In this document: in pieces, positions 9,397-19,927 of the stretch
Layout: the number at the start of each line of letters is the position of its first letter
Position numbering within the stretch: the first letter of the stretch is position 1
IMG/VR virus record: IMGVR_UViG_3300034018_003010
Origin: a virus
Strand: one strand, 5' to 3'
Length of the DNA stretch: 64,000 bases
The notes under the pieces: model-generated
Told to the model about the DNA's origin: nothing
Seen by the model: only the letters and a program-made list of their open reading frames with translations
Database searches by the model: none
Program-made: the position numbers and the translations under genes

Positions 9397-12126
9397 ATGA
9401 ACATACTGAAGCCTATAAGAATTATGTATCGCACATTAATAAGTGCAAAAAAATATATTTCACAAAATAGTTTGCTTTTTAGCTATGATCCATTAAGTAT
9501 AAAAGACAATTCAACATCTCTTATCAGTTTAGTAAATACTGGAAACAATGGAACTTTGCAAAGTTCTACTGTTGTTTCTGATTCCCCTCCTGTTTTTGAT
9601 CTTAATGGTTCAAGCAATTACATTTCCACAGCCACACAATATGTAAATCCACAAACCTACACAATAGCATTTTGGTTTAGAACAAATGTTGCTAGCGGAA
9701 ATAAAATAATTGGATTTGAAAACACACAAACTGGTACAGGCTCTACAAATTATGATAGACAACTTTATGTTGGTACTGATGGAAAATTATACTATGGTTT
9801 AGTAGATGCTGGAACTCCAAAATATATTACCACATCATTCAGAGTTACTGACAATAAATTCAGATATGTTGTATTAACAGCAACAAGCGGTTCACAAAGT
9901 TTATATATTGACGATGTGCTTATAGGAACTCAAACTGCAAGTGCGTCTGAAGTTTCTACAGGATATTGGAGAATAGGTTCTTATATTCTTACTGGTTGGA
10001 CAAATGGAGCAAATGGATATTTTGATGGTCAAATAGGAACTATTCAACTTTATAATAGAGTTTTATCAAGACCAGAAATAACTCAAAACTATCAGGCTGG
10101 CAAATCTACTTATGGAAACAATGTTTCTTTTAGTTATACAGGTTCTTTGCAAAGATGGGTAGTTCCAAATAATGTTTATTCAATTACAATAAATGCTATA
10201 GCTGCAAGAGGGGGTGACGGAGGAAGCAATGCAAATAGTGGCGGTTCTGGAAGCAATGCAATTTGTAATGCATCAGTTACGCCAGGTCAAACTTTGTTTA
10301 TAATTGTTGGAGGTTATCCCGGCACATCTGAAACTGCTCTATATGGTTTTGGTGGAAATGGTGGATTAAGTGGTGCCACAATAAGATATGGTGGGGCTGG
10401 AGGTGGTCTAAGCGGTGTTTTCACTGATGAAATATTAACTTCTAGCGACATTTTAATTGTTGCTGGTGGTGGCGGTGGCGGTGCTGGTTATAGTGGTAAC
10501 GATGGCGGAAACGGCGCACTTACTTCTACTGGGTCTGGTTCAGATGGAACTACACAAGTAGGATTTGGACATACTGGTGGATATGGTGGCACAACTTCAA
10601 ACAATGGGCTTAAAGGTGTTGCTTATGATACAAATAGCACCCAGCCTACAAATGGTTCAAATTATAACGGCGGGTTAGGTGGAACTGGCTCCAGAAGCAG
10701 CGATTACGGCGGGGGTGGAGGTGGTGCTGGTTATTTAGGTGGCGGAGGCGGTGCTGGTGGTGGTTCCGCAGCCGGTGGAGGAGGTGGCGGTTCTACATTT
10801 GCCCAATCATATACAATTTTTGGACAAGAAAACGATGTAGGACATGGCTCTGTTAACATATCTTATAATCAAACAAATGATGAATTTGATACGGGTCATC
10901 GATACTACAGATGGAGAATATCAGATACTAGAGATGCTGCTAATACAATAAGTTGTCAAGTATCCGAATTCGTATTCCAAAACCAATTTGGTAATGATCA
11001 AAGAATGTATGTTAAAAATATATCAAATCCAAACGGAGGCAGCAATCCAGGGGAAGATGTTTCGAAATTAATTGATGGAAATTTGTCAACTAAATGGCTT
11101 GACAATTCTTTTCAAAATAATAATGATCTCAGCATGATATTATTTGATTATGGAAGAGCGCAAAAGCGATATTTTAATGCATATAGATGGGCTACAGCAA
11201 ATGACGCTACGGGCAGAGACCCAAAATCATGGGTTATAGAAGCAAGTGATGATCAAGCATATTGGTGGATTACAGATTATGTTTACAACTACACAGCAAC
11301 AACTGAAAGACAGACATGGCAAACAGCTAGATCATTGATTAATTTAGGAGATCCAAGTCAATTAGTGAACTTTCTTTATACTGGTTCTGTATCCACATGG
11401 ACAGTTCCTGCCGGTGTATCTACTATTTATGTAAATTTAATTGGTGCCGAAGGTCAGGCTGGAAATGGCGGAATGGCAGGAGGTATGGGAGCCCAAATAT
11501 CAACAGATTTAACAGTCACTCCAAACAGTACATTATATATAGTAGTAGGTAGCACAGGAAGTGGTAAAACTGCAGCCTTTGGTTATGGAGGTGATGGTGG
11601 CGATAATACCGGAGCATCTGGACTAACAAGAGACGGAGGGTGCGGTGGCGGTTTAACTGGAATATTTACTGGCAACATACCATCAATAGCAAATGCCTTA
11701 GCTATTGCTGGCGGAGGCGGTGGTGGTGGCGGTGGTTCTGGCGTGAGTCAACCTTGCGACGGAGGTTCTGCTGGACTCAACAGAGATGGTTCTGGTCAAG
11801 ACGGCAACAGCAACACAAGTTACTTAGGTGTTAGAGGAAAAAAAGGTTTAAATAGTAATGCCGGTAATGCAGGCACTCCTTTTGATACAAACAGCGTTAA
11901 CCCTACTGCTGGTAACGGTTTGCAAGGAGGAAATGGCGGCTGGACAAGTAACTCTAGCTTCAACGGTGGCGGTGGTGGTGGCGGTGGTTATTATGCTGGT
12001 GGCGGCGGTGCCGCTGGTGGGAATGCCGTTGGTGGTGGCGGTAGTGGCGGAACATATAGTACCGGAAATATTATATGGAACTCTGGAAATAGCTCTGGGA
12101 ATGGTTGGATAACTATTTCTTACTAA
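9397..12126 (+). CDS. virion adhesin-like protein: LamG/ConA domain, Gly-rich domain, discoidin/F5-8-like domain, second Gly-rich domain
   Basis: LamG (YTIAFWF...LYIDD...YNRVLS), two YTGS..W.VP-initiated GGGGGG domains, central LIDGNLSTKW / ANDA.GRDPKSW. Start may be ATG 9424. Confidence 0.75.
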   Translation: MNILKPIRIMYRTLISAKKYISQNSLLFSYDPLSIKDNSTSLISLVNTGNNGTLQSSTVVSDSPPVFDLNGSSNYISTATQYVNPQTYTIAFWFRTNVASGNKIIGFENTQTGTGSTNYDRQLYVGTDGKLYYGLVDAGTPKYITTSFRVTDNKFRYVVLTATSGSQSLYIDDVLIGTQTASASEVSTGYWRIGSYILTGWTNGANGYFDGQIGTIQLYNRVLSRPEITQNYQAGKSTYGNNVSFSYTGSLQRWVVPNNVYSITINAIAARGGDGGSNANSGGSGSNAICNASVTPGQTLFIIVGGYPGTSETALYGFGGNGGLSGATIRYGGAGGGLSGVFTDEILTSSDILIVAGGGGGGAGYSGNDGGNGALTSTGSGSDGTTQVGFGHTGGYGGTTSNNGLKGVAYDTNSTQPTNGSNYNGGLGGTGSRSSDYGGGGGGAGYLGGGGGAGGGSAAGGGGGGSTFAQSYTIFGQENDVGHGSVNISYNQTNDEFDTGHRYYRWRISDTRDAANTISCQVSEFVFQNQFGNDQRMYVKNISNPNGGSNPGEDVSKLIDGNLSTKWLDNSFQNNNDLSMILFDYGRAQKRYFNAYRWATANDATGRDPKSWVIEASDDQAYWWITDYVYNYTATTERQTWQTARSLINLGDPSQLVNFLYTGSVSTWTVPAGVSTIYVNLIGAEGQAGNGGMAGGMGAQISTDLTVTPNSTLYIVVGSTGSGKTAAFGYGGDGGDNTGASGLTRDGGCGGGLTGIFTGNIPSIANALAIAGGGGGGGGGSGVSQPCDGGSAGLNRDGSGQDGNSNTSYLGVRGKKGLNSNAGNAGTPFDTNSVNPTAGNGLQGGNGGWTSNSSFNGGGGGGGGYYAGGGGAAGGNAVGGGGSGGTYSTGNIIWNSGNSSGNGWITISY

Positions 12127-12192
12127 TATTGGGAAAACTTTTGCACCAAATGTAAATACTTTAGTTAATTTTGCGTAATACAAGGAATCAAA

Positions 12193-15100
12193 ATGCCTCA
12201 GTACAATAATAAAGATTTTGTCATCAGAGATGACCTAAATGTTTTAAGTGGCAGTGTAATTTATGGATCAATGGCTTCGGGACAAATCCAATCTGGAATG
12301 ATTGGAGATAGCGCTGTTCTTAACAATAACATTGCATCTGGTTCTGTTGATGCATCAAAATTAGCATCTGGTCTTTCATTTAATTTAACATCTGGTCAAG
12401 TTGTAAGCGGTAATATAGGCAATAATGCAGTAAATTCTGGCAATATTAGTTCTGGAAGTATAGGGCAGTTTCACCTAGCTTCAGGTTTTTCTATAGGATT
12501 TTCAAGTGGACAAGTAACTAGCGGATATATTGGAGATAATGCTGTAAATAGTGGCAATATATCTTCTGGAAGCATCAGTTCCTTTCATTTAGCTTCTGGA
12601 CTTTCATTTAATTTAACATCAGGGCAAGTAGTAAGTGGCAATATTGGAGACAATGCTGTAAATAGTGGCAATATATCTTCTGGAAGCATAGGGACAAATC
12701 ATCTTTCAGCATATGCTGTAAACGGTGGTCAGATAAATTCAGGAGCAGTAAAATTTGGAACAATAGCTTCTGGAGCAATTGGAAGTGGGGCTTTATCCAA
12801 TGCTTCTGTTGTTAGTGGAACAATTGCATCTGGTGTAATTAGCAATGATGTCCTTGCTTCTGGTGCAGTATTTTCCGAGAGATATCTTGAGCAGTTAAAT
12901 ACTGGATTGCTTTATGGTGGCGTTATTTCAGTAAACTCTGGCAATACTACATTTAGTATTGCTTCAGGTACTGGTATGGTTGTTGTTCCAAGGGCTACAT
13001 CTTCTGGCGGTCCTCAACTCAATTATGTTCAATGGAATGCACTAACAAACAATACTCCATACTATAGTGGCGGAACAGTAACTTATGTTTCAATTAATTC
13101 TGGCGGATCTGTAGTTCTTCAAAATGATCCTTTTACATTAAATGAATTTTTACAAGAAATTGTTTTGGGATATGTTGTTCATACAAGTGGAAACATAATT
13201 AATCAAATACATCCTCATCCAAATGTTGGTTATGCTGGCATTTCTCAGACCGAAACTCTGATTAGAGTATTTGGTCAAATTAAAGTAGAAGGTCTTGATA
13301 TAGCAGCAAATGGAGCAAATCTAAATATTAATAGAGGTGCTGGATATGCTTTTGCTTTTGGTTCTAATTATACTGTAAACCCAAATAGCCCAAGTGTTAC
13401 AACAGAAAGTCCAAAGACAACTGCAAATATAATTTATGTTTACAGGTCTGCTACAGCAGGTAAATTTACATTTGTTCCAGCGACAACAACATTTAATCCA
13501 GCTAGTTATGATAATGGCACTGGTACATTAGCCACAGTAACATCCAACCAATGGACAATACAAAGAGTATTTTATGTTCCCGGTGATACCAATAATGTTT
13601 ACATTTATTATGGCAGAACAACCTATGGAACATCCAATCTTGCTTCTCAAAACATATTCCTAGAAGCGTTTAATGAAGACGGGTTCACACAAAATGCTGC
13701 TATTTCTCTTGGTTATATTATTTCAAGAGGTGGCGCTTCTGCTCTAAATGATGTAAATGATGGAATATTTATTCAAGGTGGTCAGTTTAGGAATACAGCC
13801 GGTGGTGGTGGTGGTGTAACAGGTCAAACCCTTAATGACTTAACTGATGTTTCAGTAAGTGCTGCAACAAATAATGAATTTTTAATGTATAACGGTGGAA
13901 CATGGCTAAGCAGTCTTGTTTTATCTCCAAGCATTGCATCTGGTGCGGTTCTTTCTGGAGCGATTGCTTCAGGACAAATTGGAACAAATCATATTGCTCA
14001 AGGGGCTATAACAAATGGAGCTATTGCATCTGGTGCAGTAGTTTCTGGCAAAATTGGAAATGCAGCAGTAGTTTCTGGAAGTATTGCTAGTGGTGCTGTT
14101 AGCCAATTTTCAATTGCTTCGGGAAGTATTACAGCAGAGCATATTGCTTCTGGTGCTGTAATCAATGCAGATGTTGCAGACAATGCAATTACATCTGGCA
14201 AAGTAGCTTCTGGAACTATCGGAAGCCTACACATTTCAACTGCTGGTGTTGATGGTGTTAATTTGGCAAGCAGTTCAGTAACAAGTGGAAAGATTGCTTC
14301 TGGTGCAATTGGATTCGTTCATCTTGCATCTGGAACAATTAGCACAGCAACACTTGGTTCAGGACAAGTAATTAGTGGAAACATTGCATCTGGTCAAATT
14401 GGAACATTCCATATTGCATCGGGTGTCTTGGCTGCTGCTCCAGCACCGGGTTTAAACAATCAATTAGTAGTAAATAGAAGCGGCTCTAATTCAACATATT
14501 CTGGATTAGCTGTAGTACAAGACTATCTTAACAGACCAGAATTGCAAGCTTTAACTTTCTACTCATGGCAAAGTGACGCTTTTGACGGCGGTGAATTAAG
14601 ATTAAACAAATCAAACGCTAGTGGAACAATAAATCTTGGTGCAACTTTTGATGTTTACAGAGATCAGATAAGAATATTTGAAACCGGCGGTGGTAGCAGA
14701 GGTCTTTATTTCGATGTAAATACTGGTTTATCTGGAACCATGTTTTCATTAGTTGGTAGCGGTAGTGTAAGAAGTGGGGAGCTTTCTCCAAATACAGTTT
14801 GGTCTGGGAATATACAACAAGGTCAAGTTGGAGATATTCATCTTGCAATTGCAAGCGTTGTTTCTGGTAAAATCGCAAGTGGAAGTATTGGAAAGAATGA
14901 ACTTTCCTCTGGTGTAATTTCTAGTGGATACTTAGCAGACAATTCAGTTTCAACAAACGCAATTGCTTCTGGTTCTGTTACTAATGCAAAAATTGCAAAT
15001 CCAACAGTAACAATTGCTGGAAGCAGTACTGCTTTAGGCGGTTCTTGGGCTGCAGCAGCTTTAACAACATCTTCTGGTTTATTAGCTGGAACATTCTATG

Positions 15101-18100
15101 TTAGCGGCGCATTAACTATTGGAATAGCATCTGGCGGATTAACTGCACAAATGCATGCTTCTGGTTCGGTATTAAGTGGCAGCATTGCTTCTGGTCAGAT
15201 TGGCGTTAATCATCTTGCGTCTGGAACTATTACTACTCTAACATTAGGCTCTGGTCAAGTAACATCTGGCAATATTGCTAGTGGCCAAATTGGTCATGCT
15301 CACTTATCATCTGGTTTGATTAATAGTGGCAAAATAGCCGACAATGCTGTTGTATCTGGCAGTATTGCTTCTGGTCAAATAGGAAATTTCCATATTTCAA
15401 ATGCAGGTGTATTGAGCGGAAATATTGGCTCAGGACAAATTAGCATGAGCCATTTAGCATCTGGAACTATTACTGGTCTTTCTCTAGGCTCTGGTCAGGT
15501 TACATCCGGCATAATATCTTCTGGACAAGTTGGGCAATTCCATTTATCATCTGGCGCAGTTTTAAGCGGAAGAATAGGAAATGCTGCTGTTGTATCAGGT
15601 AGTGTTGCTTCTGGTCAAATAGGATTTGTTCATTTAGCATCTGGTACAATTAGTACTGCCATTTTGGGTTCTGGGCAAGTTACTTCTGGTAATATTTCTT
15701 CTGGCAGTGTTGGTTCATTCCATCTTGCTGATGGAGCAGTACAAAGTGGCGATATCGCTTCTGGTACAGTGGGTATATTCCATGCTGCTTCCGGCACTCT
15801 ATTCTATGTCCAAAATGGAATTACAAATGGAATTCTGACCAGTGCTGCTTCTGGACAACCTTATGCTACAGCAAATTCTAATTTAACTTATGATGGTACA
15901 ACTTTAGAAATTACTTCAGCGGCAAGTGGCAGCACAGCCTTTATGATTGTAAACGGAGTTGAAACTATATTCGAAGTAATTGATTCTCAATTTAACAATA
16001 TTCTTGATGTTGGCGATATTTCTGGCTCGGCTATATTCTCTGTATATGCTAGTGGATTAATCACTTTAGCACCAACTATTGGTGAAGTACAAACCAATGT
16101 GTTGCATGTAAAGCCAACAGTTAGTGGGACGGTAACAATCCAGACATGGAAAAATGCTTCTGGAACTACTGTTGCAACTATGGATTCTGCTGGTGTATTT
16201 ACCGCAACATTAGCATCTGGAATTGTTGTTTCTGGAAGTATTGCTTCTGGGCAAATTGGACATGCCCACTTGTCTTCCGGGTTAATTAATAGTGGTAAAA
16301 TAGCCGACAATGCTGTTGTATCTGGAAGTATAGCTTCGGGACAGGTTGGTCAATTCCATATTTCATCTGGTTCAATTACTGCCAATCACATAGCATCTGG
16401 TGCAGTTATTACTGCTGACATTGCAGATAACGCAGTTGTAAGCGGAAAAGTGGCTTCTGGAGCTTTAGCATGGTTTAATTTAAGTAGCGGAACAGTAAAT
16501 TCAGGAAATGTGGCAAACAACGCCATAACATCTGGAAATATTGCATCTGGTCAGATTGGTGCATTGCATATTGCATCTGGTGTTTTAAGCACCTCTACTC
16601 TGGGTTCTGGACAAGTAACATCTGGAAATATTGCTTCTGGTTCTATTGGTCAATTTCATCATGCATCTGGAAGTGTTACATCAGGACACATAGGAAATAA
16701 TTCAGTAGTTAGTGGAAATATTGCTAGTGGCCAAATTGGTCATGCTCACTTATCATCTGGTTTAATTAATAGTGGCAAAATAGGAGATAATGCAGTAGTT
16801 AGCGGCAACATTGCTAGTGGACAAGTTGGTAACTTCCATATTGCTTCAGGAGCAATAACAAGTGGAGATATTGGCAACTTTGCAGTAGTAAACACAAGTA
16901 TTTCAAGTGGAACAATTGCAAATGATAAGCTTGCAAACAACACTATAACAATCGCAGGAAGCAGTACTGCTCTAGGTGGTTCTTGGTCACCGCAAGCTTT
17001 GACAACAGGAAGTGGACTGCTAGCTGGAACATTCTACCCAAGTGGTGCATTAACCATAGGAATTGCTTCTGGTGGAATTAGCCACCAGATGATTGCTGAT
17101 GGAGCAATTAATTCAGGAGAAATCGCTTCAGGTCAAATTGGTCAATTTCATCATGCATCTGGAAGTGTTACATCAGGACACATAGGAAACAATGCAGTAG
17201 TTAGCGGAAGCATTGCTAGCGGACAAATTGGTCATGCTCACCTGTCATCTGGCTTGATTAATAGTGGTAAAATAGGAGATAATGCAGTAGTTAGCGGCAA
17301 CATTGCTAGCGGACAAGTTGGAAATTTCCACATCGCTTCTGGAGCAATTACAAGCGGAGACATTGGTAATTTTGCAGTAGTAAACACAAGTATTTCAAGT
17401 GGAACAATTGCAAATGATAAGCTTGCAAACAACACTATAACAATCGCAGGAAGCAGTACTGCTCTAGGTGGTTCTTGGTCACCGCAAGCTTTGACAACAG
17501 GAAGTGGACTGTTAGCTGGAACATTCTACCCAAGCGGTGCTTTAACTATAGGTATTGCTTCTGGCGGAATCAGCCATCAGATGATTGCTGATGGAGCAAT
17601 TAATTCAGGAGAAATTGCTTCTGGTCAGGTCGGCATTAATCATTTAGCATCTGGTGTGCTAGCAAATGCTATTCCAGCAGGTTCTTCTGGTCAGATTCAA
17701 TTCAATAATGGAACAACATTAGGAGCTTCTTCAAGCTTAACATGGGATGGAACTAATTTATCTGCTCCGTATTTAAAAATTACAAACGCTTCTGGAGACG
17801 AAGGTGGTGAATTACTACTTGCTAAAGCCCTAACAAACACAACTTTGTCTGGAACAGGTGTTACAATTGATGTTTGGCAAAATAGGCTAAGATTCTTTGA
17901 ACAAGGTGGTCTTGCAAGAGGTTTTTACTTAGATATATCAACTGGAGCAAATAGTGTTGGCACAAATATTGGTGCGCTTTCGCTTTCTAGCGGAAGCGTT
18001 GTTAGCGGCAATATTGGAGTTGCTGTTGTTTCCAATATCAACATTATTAGTGGAACAGTTGCAAATGACAAACTTACGAACAGCACAGTAACAATTGCAG

Positions 18101-19887
18101 GAAGTTCAACTGCTCTTGGTGGAAGCTGGGCTGCTGCTGCTTTAACAACAGCATCTGGTTTATTAGCTGGAACATTTTATCCAAGTGGTGCATTAACCAT
18201 AGGTATTGCTTCTGGTGGAATCGTCGCTCAAATGATTGCTGACGGAACAATTACTAGTGGTAAAATTGCTTCTGGCGTATTAAGTGTTGCCGTTCTTACA
18301 TCTGGTCAAGTTGTTAGTGGAAACATCGCTTCAGGACAAGTTGGCACATTCCATCACGCTGCAGCAAGCATTCTTTCCGGTCAAATTGGTGCCAATGTTA
18401 TTGGAAGCCCTCACATTCTTTCTGGAAGTGTTGTAAATGCAAGCCTTGCAAACCCAACAGTAACAATTGCAGGAAGCAGTACTGCTCTTGGTGGAAGCTG
18501 GGCTGCTGCTGCATTAACAACAGCATCTGGCTTGTTAGCTGGAACATTCTACCCAAGTGGCGCATTAACTATCGGAATCGCTTCTGGCGGAATAGCATCC
18601 CAAATGGTTGCAGATAATGCAATTATTAGCGGTAAAATTGCATCTGGCAGCTTAACAACAAACGCATTTGCAAGCGGAACAACATTTGGAACAAGCATAA
18701 CTTCTGGATATATTACCAGTGGATATTTAGGCAATAATTCCGTTGTAAGTGGATCTGTTGCATCTGGGCAAATCGGCATAATCCATCTTGCTTCTGGAGT
18801 TTTAGCAAGCCCAGTGATTCTTTCTGGAAAAATAGTTTCTGGCAGTATTGGCAACAATGCAGTAAACAGCGGAAATATTGCCAGTGGACAAATTGGTCAT
18901 GCTCATCTTTCATCTGGATTAATCAATAGCGGAAAGATTGGGGATAATGCAGTAGTTAGTGGCAATATTGCTAGTGGCCAAATTGGAAATTTCCATATTG
19001 CTTCTGGAGCTATTACAAGTGGAGATATTGGTAACTTTGCAGTTGTAAACACAAACATTTCCAGTGGCACAGTTGCTAATGATAAGCTTGCCAATTCAAC
19101 AGTAACAATCGCTGGAAGCAGTACTGCTCTAGGCGGCTCTTGGGCTGCTCAGGCTTTGACAACAGCAAGTGGTTTGTTAGCTGGAACATTTTACCCAAGT
19201 GGTGCATTAACAATAGGAATTGCATCTGGTGGCTTAACTGCACAAATGCATGCTTCTGGTTCGGTATTGAGTGGAAGCATCGCATCTGGACAAATTGGTT
19301 TAAACCATCTTTCAAGTGGAGTTTTGGGTATAGCTGGAACTTCTGGCATGTTGCAATTCAACAACGGTGGAGCATTAGGTGCAACATCTGGCTTAATTTA
19401 CTCAATGACAAGCGGAAACAGTTTGGTACACATGCAATCGCAGACTGCATTTACAACAACACTATCCGTAAAAGCTTCTTCTGGTCAGGTTACAAATCTT
19501 CAAGCATGGACAAATACAAGTGGAAGCGCTTTAGCTTATATGGATACATCTGGTAATTTCTATGCTGTAAGCAAGAGCTTCTTGATCGATCATCCAAGTA
19601 AGCCCGGCAAAAAATTACGCCATGTTTCTTTGGAAGGTCCGTCTGCTGATGTTTATTACAGAGGAACTACTAAGGAATCACAATTTGAGTTACCATATTA
19701 TTGGAAAGATTTAGTTGATGAAAATTCTATAAACATTACATTGACACCAATAGGTTCACAGCAATTATTGTTTATTAAAAAAATAGAAAATTATATTGTA
19801 CATGTCGGGGGAACGGGATCTTTTAATTATAATTATTTTGTCATAGGAGAAAGAAAAGACATACCAAAAATTATAACAGAAGAATAA
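12193..19887 (+). CDS. long tail fibre-like protein with Ser-Gly repeats (2564 aa)
   Basis: Dense (V/I)xSGxIASG repeats. C-terminal SKSFLIDHPSKPGKKLRHVSLEGP...LPYYW...ERKD domain of a kind seen at phage fibre ends. AAGGA RBS. Confidence 0.8.
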   Translation: MPQYNNKDFVIRDDLNVLSGSVIYGSMASGQIQSGMIGDSAVLNNNIASGSVDASKLASGLSFNLTSGQVVSGNIGNNAVNSGNISSGSIGQFHLASGFSIGFSSGQVTSGYIGDNAVNSGNISSGSISSFHLASGLSFNLTSGQVVSGNIGDNAVNSGNISSGSIGTNHLSAYAVNGGQINSGAVKFGTIASGAIGSGALSNASVVSGTIASGVISNDVLASGAVFSERYLEQLNTGLLYGGVISVNSGNTTFSIASGTGMVVVPRATSSGGPQLNYVQWNALTNNTPYYSGGTVTYVSINSGGSVVLQNDPFTLNEFLQEIVLGYVVHTSGNIINQIHPHPNVGYAGISQTETLIRVFGQIKVEGLDIAANGANLNINRGAGYAFAFGSNYTVNPNSPSVTTESPKTTANIIYVYRSATAGKFTFVPATTTFNPASYDNGTGTLATVTSNQWTIQRVFYVPGDTNNVYIYYGRTTYGTSNLASQNIFLEAFNEDGFTQNAAISLGYIISRGGASALNDVNDGIFIQGGQFRNTAGGGGGVTGQTLNDLTDVSVSAATNNEFLMYNGGTWLSSLVLSPSIASGAVLSGAIASGQIGTNHIAQGAITNGAIASGAVVSGKIGNAAVVSGSIASGAVSQFSIASGSITAEHIASGAVINADVADNAITSGKVASGTIGSLHISTAGVDGVNLASSSVTSGKIASGAIGFVHLASGTISTATLGSGQVISGNIASGQIGTFHIASGVLAAAPAPGLNNQLVVNRSGSNSTYSGLAVVQDYLNRPELQALTFYSWQSDAFDGGELRLNKSNASGTINLGATFDVYRDQIRIFETGGGSRGLYFDVNTGLSGTMFSLVGSGSVRSGELSPNTVWSGNIQQGQVGDIHLAIASVVSGKIASGSIGKNELSSGVISSGYLADNSVSTNAIASGSVTNAKIANPTVTIAGSSTALGGSWAAAALTTSSGLLAGTFYVSGALTIGIASGGLTAQMHASGSVLSGSIASGQIGVNHLASGTITTLTLGSGQVTSGNIASGQIGHAHLSSGLINSGKIADNAVVSGSIASGQIGNFHISNAGVLSGNIGSGQISMSHLASGTITGLSLGSGQVTSGIISSGQVGQFHLSSGAVLSGRIGNAAVVSGSVASGQIGFVHLASGTISTAILGSGQVTSGNISSGSVGSFHLADGAVQSGDIASGTVGIFHAASGTLFYVQNGITNGILTSAASGQPYATANSNLTYDGTTLEITSAASGSTAFMIVNGVETIFEVIDSQFNNILDVGDISGSAIFSVYASGLITLAPTIGEVQTNVLHVKPTVSGTVTIQTWKNASGTTVATMDSAGVFTATLASGIVVSGSIASGQIGHAHLSSGLINSGKIADNAVVSGSIASGQVGQFHISSGSITANHIASGAVITADIADNAVVSGKVASGALAWFNLSSGTVNSGNVANNAITSGNIASGQIGALHIASGVLSTSTLGSGQVTSGNIASGSIGQFHHASGSVTSGHIGNNSVVSGNIASGQIGHAHLSSGLINSGKIGDNAVVSGNIASGQVGNFHIASGAITSGDIGNFAVVNTSISSGTIANDKLANNTITIAGSSTALGGSWSPQALTTGSGLLAGTFYPSGALTIGIASGGISHQMIADGAINSGEIASGQIGQFHHASGSVTSGHIGNNAVVSGSIASGQIGHAHLSSGLINSGKIGDNAVVSGNIASGQVGNFHIASGAITSGDIGNFAVVNTSISSGTIANDKLANNTITIAGSSTALGGSWSPQALTTGSGLLAGTFYPSGALTIGIASGGISHQMIADGAINSGEIASGQVGINHLASGVLANAIPAGSSGQIQFNNGTTLGASSSLTWDGTNLSAPYLKITNASGDEGGELLLAKALTNTTLSGTGVTIDVWQNRLRFFEQGGLARGFYLDISTGANSVGTNIGALSLSSGSVVSGNIGVAVVSNINIISGTVANDKLTNSTVTIAGSSTALGGSWAAAALTTASGLLAGTFYPSGALTIGIASGGIVAQMIADGTITSGKIASGVLSVAVLTSGQVVSGNIASGQVGTFHHAAASILSGQIGANVIGSPHILSGSVVNASLANPTVTIAGSSTALGGSWAAAALTTASGLLAGTFYPSGALTIGIASGGIASQMVADNAIISGKIASGSLTTNAFASGTTFGTSITSGYITSGYLGNNSVVSGSVASGQIGIIHLASGVLASPVILSGKIVSGSIGNNAVNSGNIASGQIGHAHLSSGLINSGKIGDNAVVSGNIASGQIGNFHIASGAITSGDIGNFAVVNTNISSGTVANDKLANSTVTIAGSSTALGGSWAAQALTTASGLLAGTFYPSGALTIGIASGGLTAQMHASGSVLSGSIASGQIGLNHLSSGVLGIAGTSGMLQFNNGGALGATSGLIYSMTSGNSLVHMQSQTAFTTTLSVKASSGQVTNLQAWTNTSGSALAYMDTSGNFYAVSKSFLIDHPSKPGKKLRHVSLEGPSADVYYRGTTKESQFELPYYWKDLVDENSINITLTPIGSQQLLFIKKIENYIVHVGGTGSFNYNYFVIGERKDIPKIITEE
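16645..17628 (+). repeat. 492-bp tandem duplication (2 x 164 aa) within the fibre gene
   Basis: ATTGGTCAATTTCATCATGCATCTGGAAGTGTTACATCAGGAC occurs at 16645 and 17137; shadow ORFs are offset by exactly 492. Confidence 0.9.
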
Positions 19888-19902
19888 TCTTTACTAAGAC
19901 TT

Positions 19903-19910
19903 TATAAATA
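19903..19910 (+). promoter_or_regulatory. T4-type late promoter TATAAATA
   Basis: Exact consensus in the intergenic gap, followed by an AGGA RBS and ATG 19928. Confidence 0.7.
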
Positions 19911-19927
19911 AGGCATAGGAAATTAAA

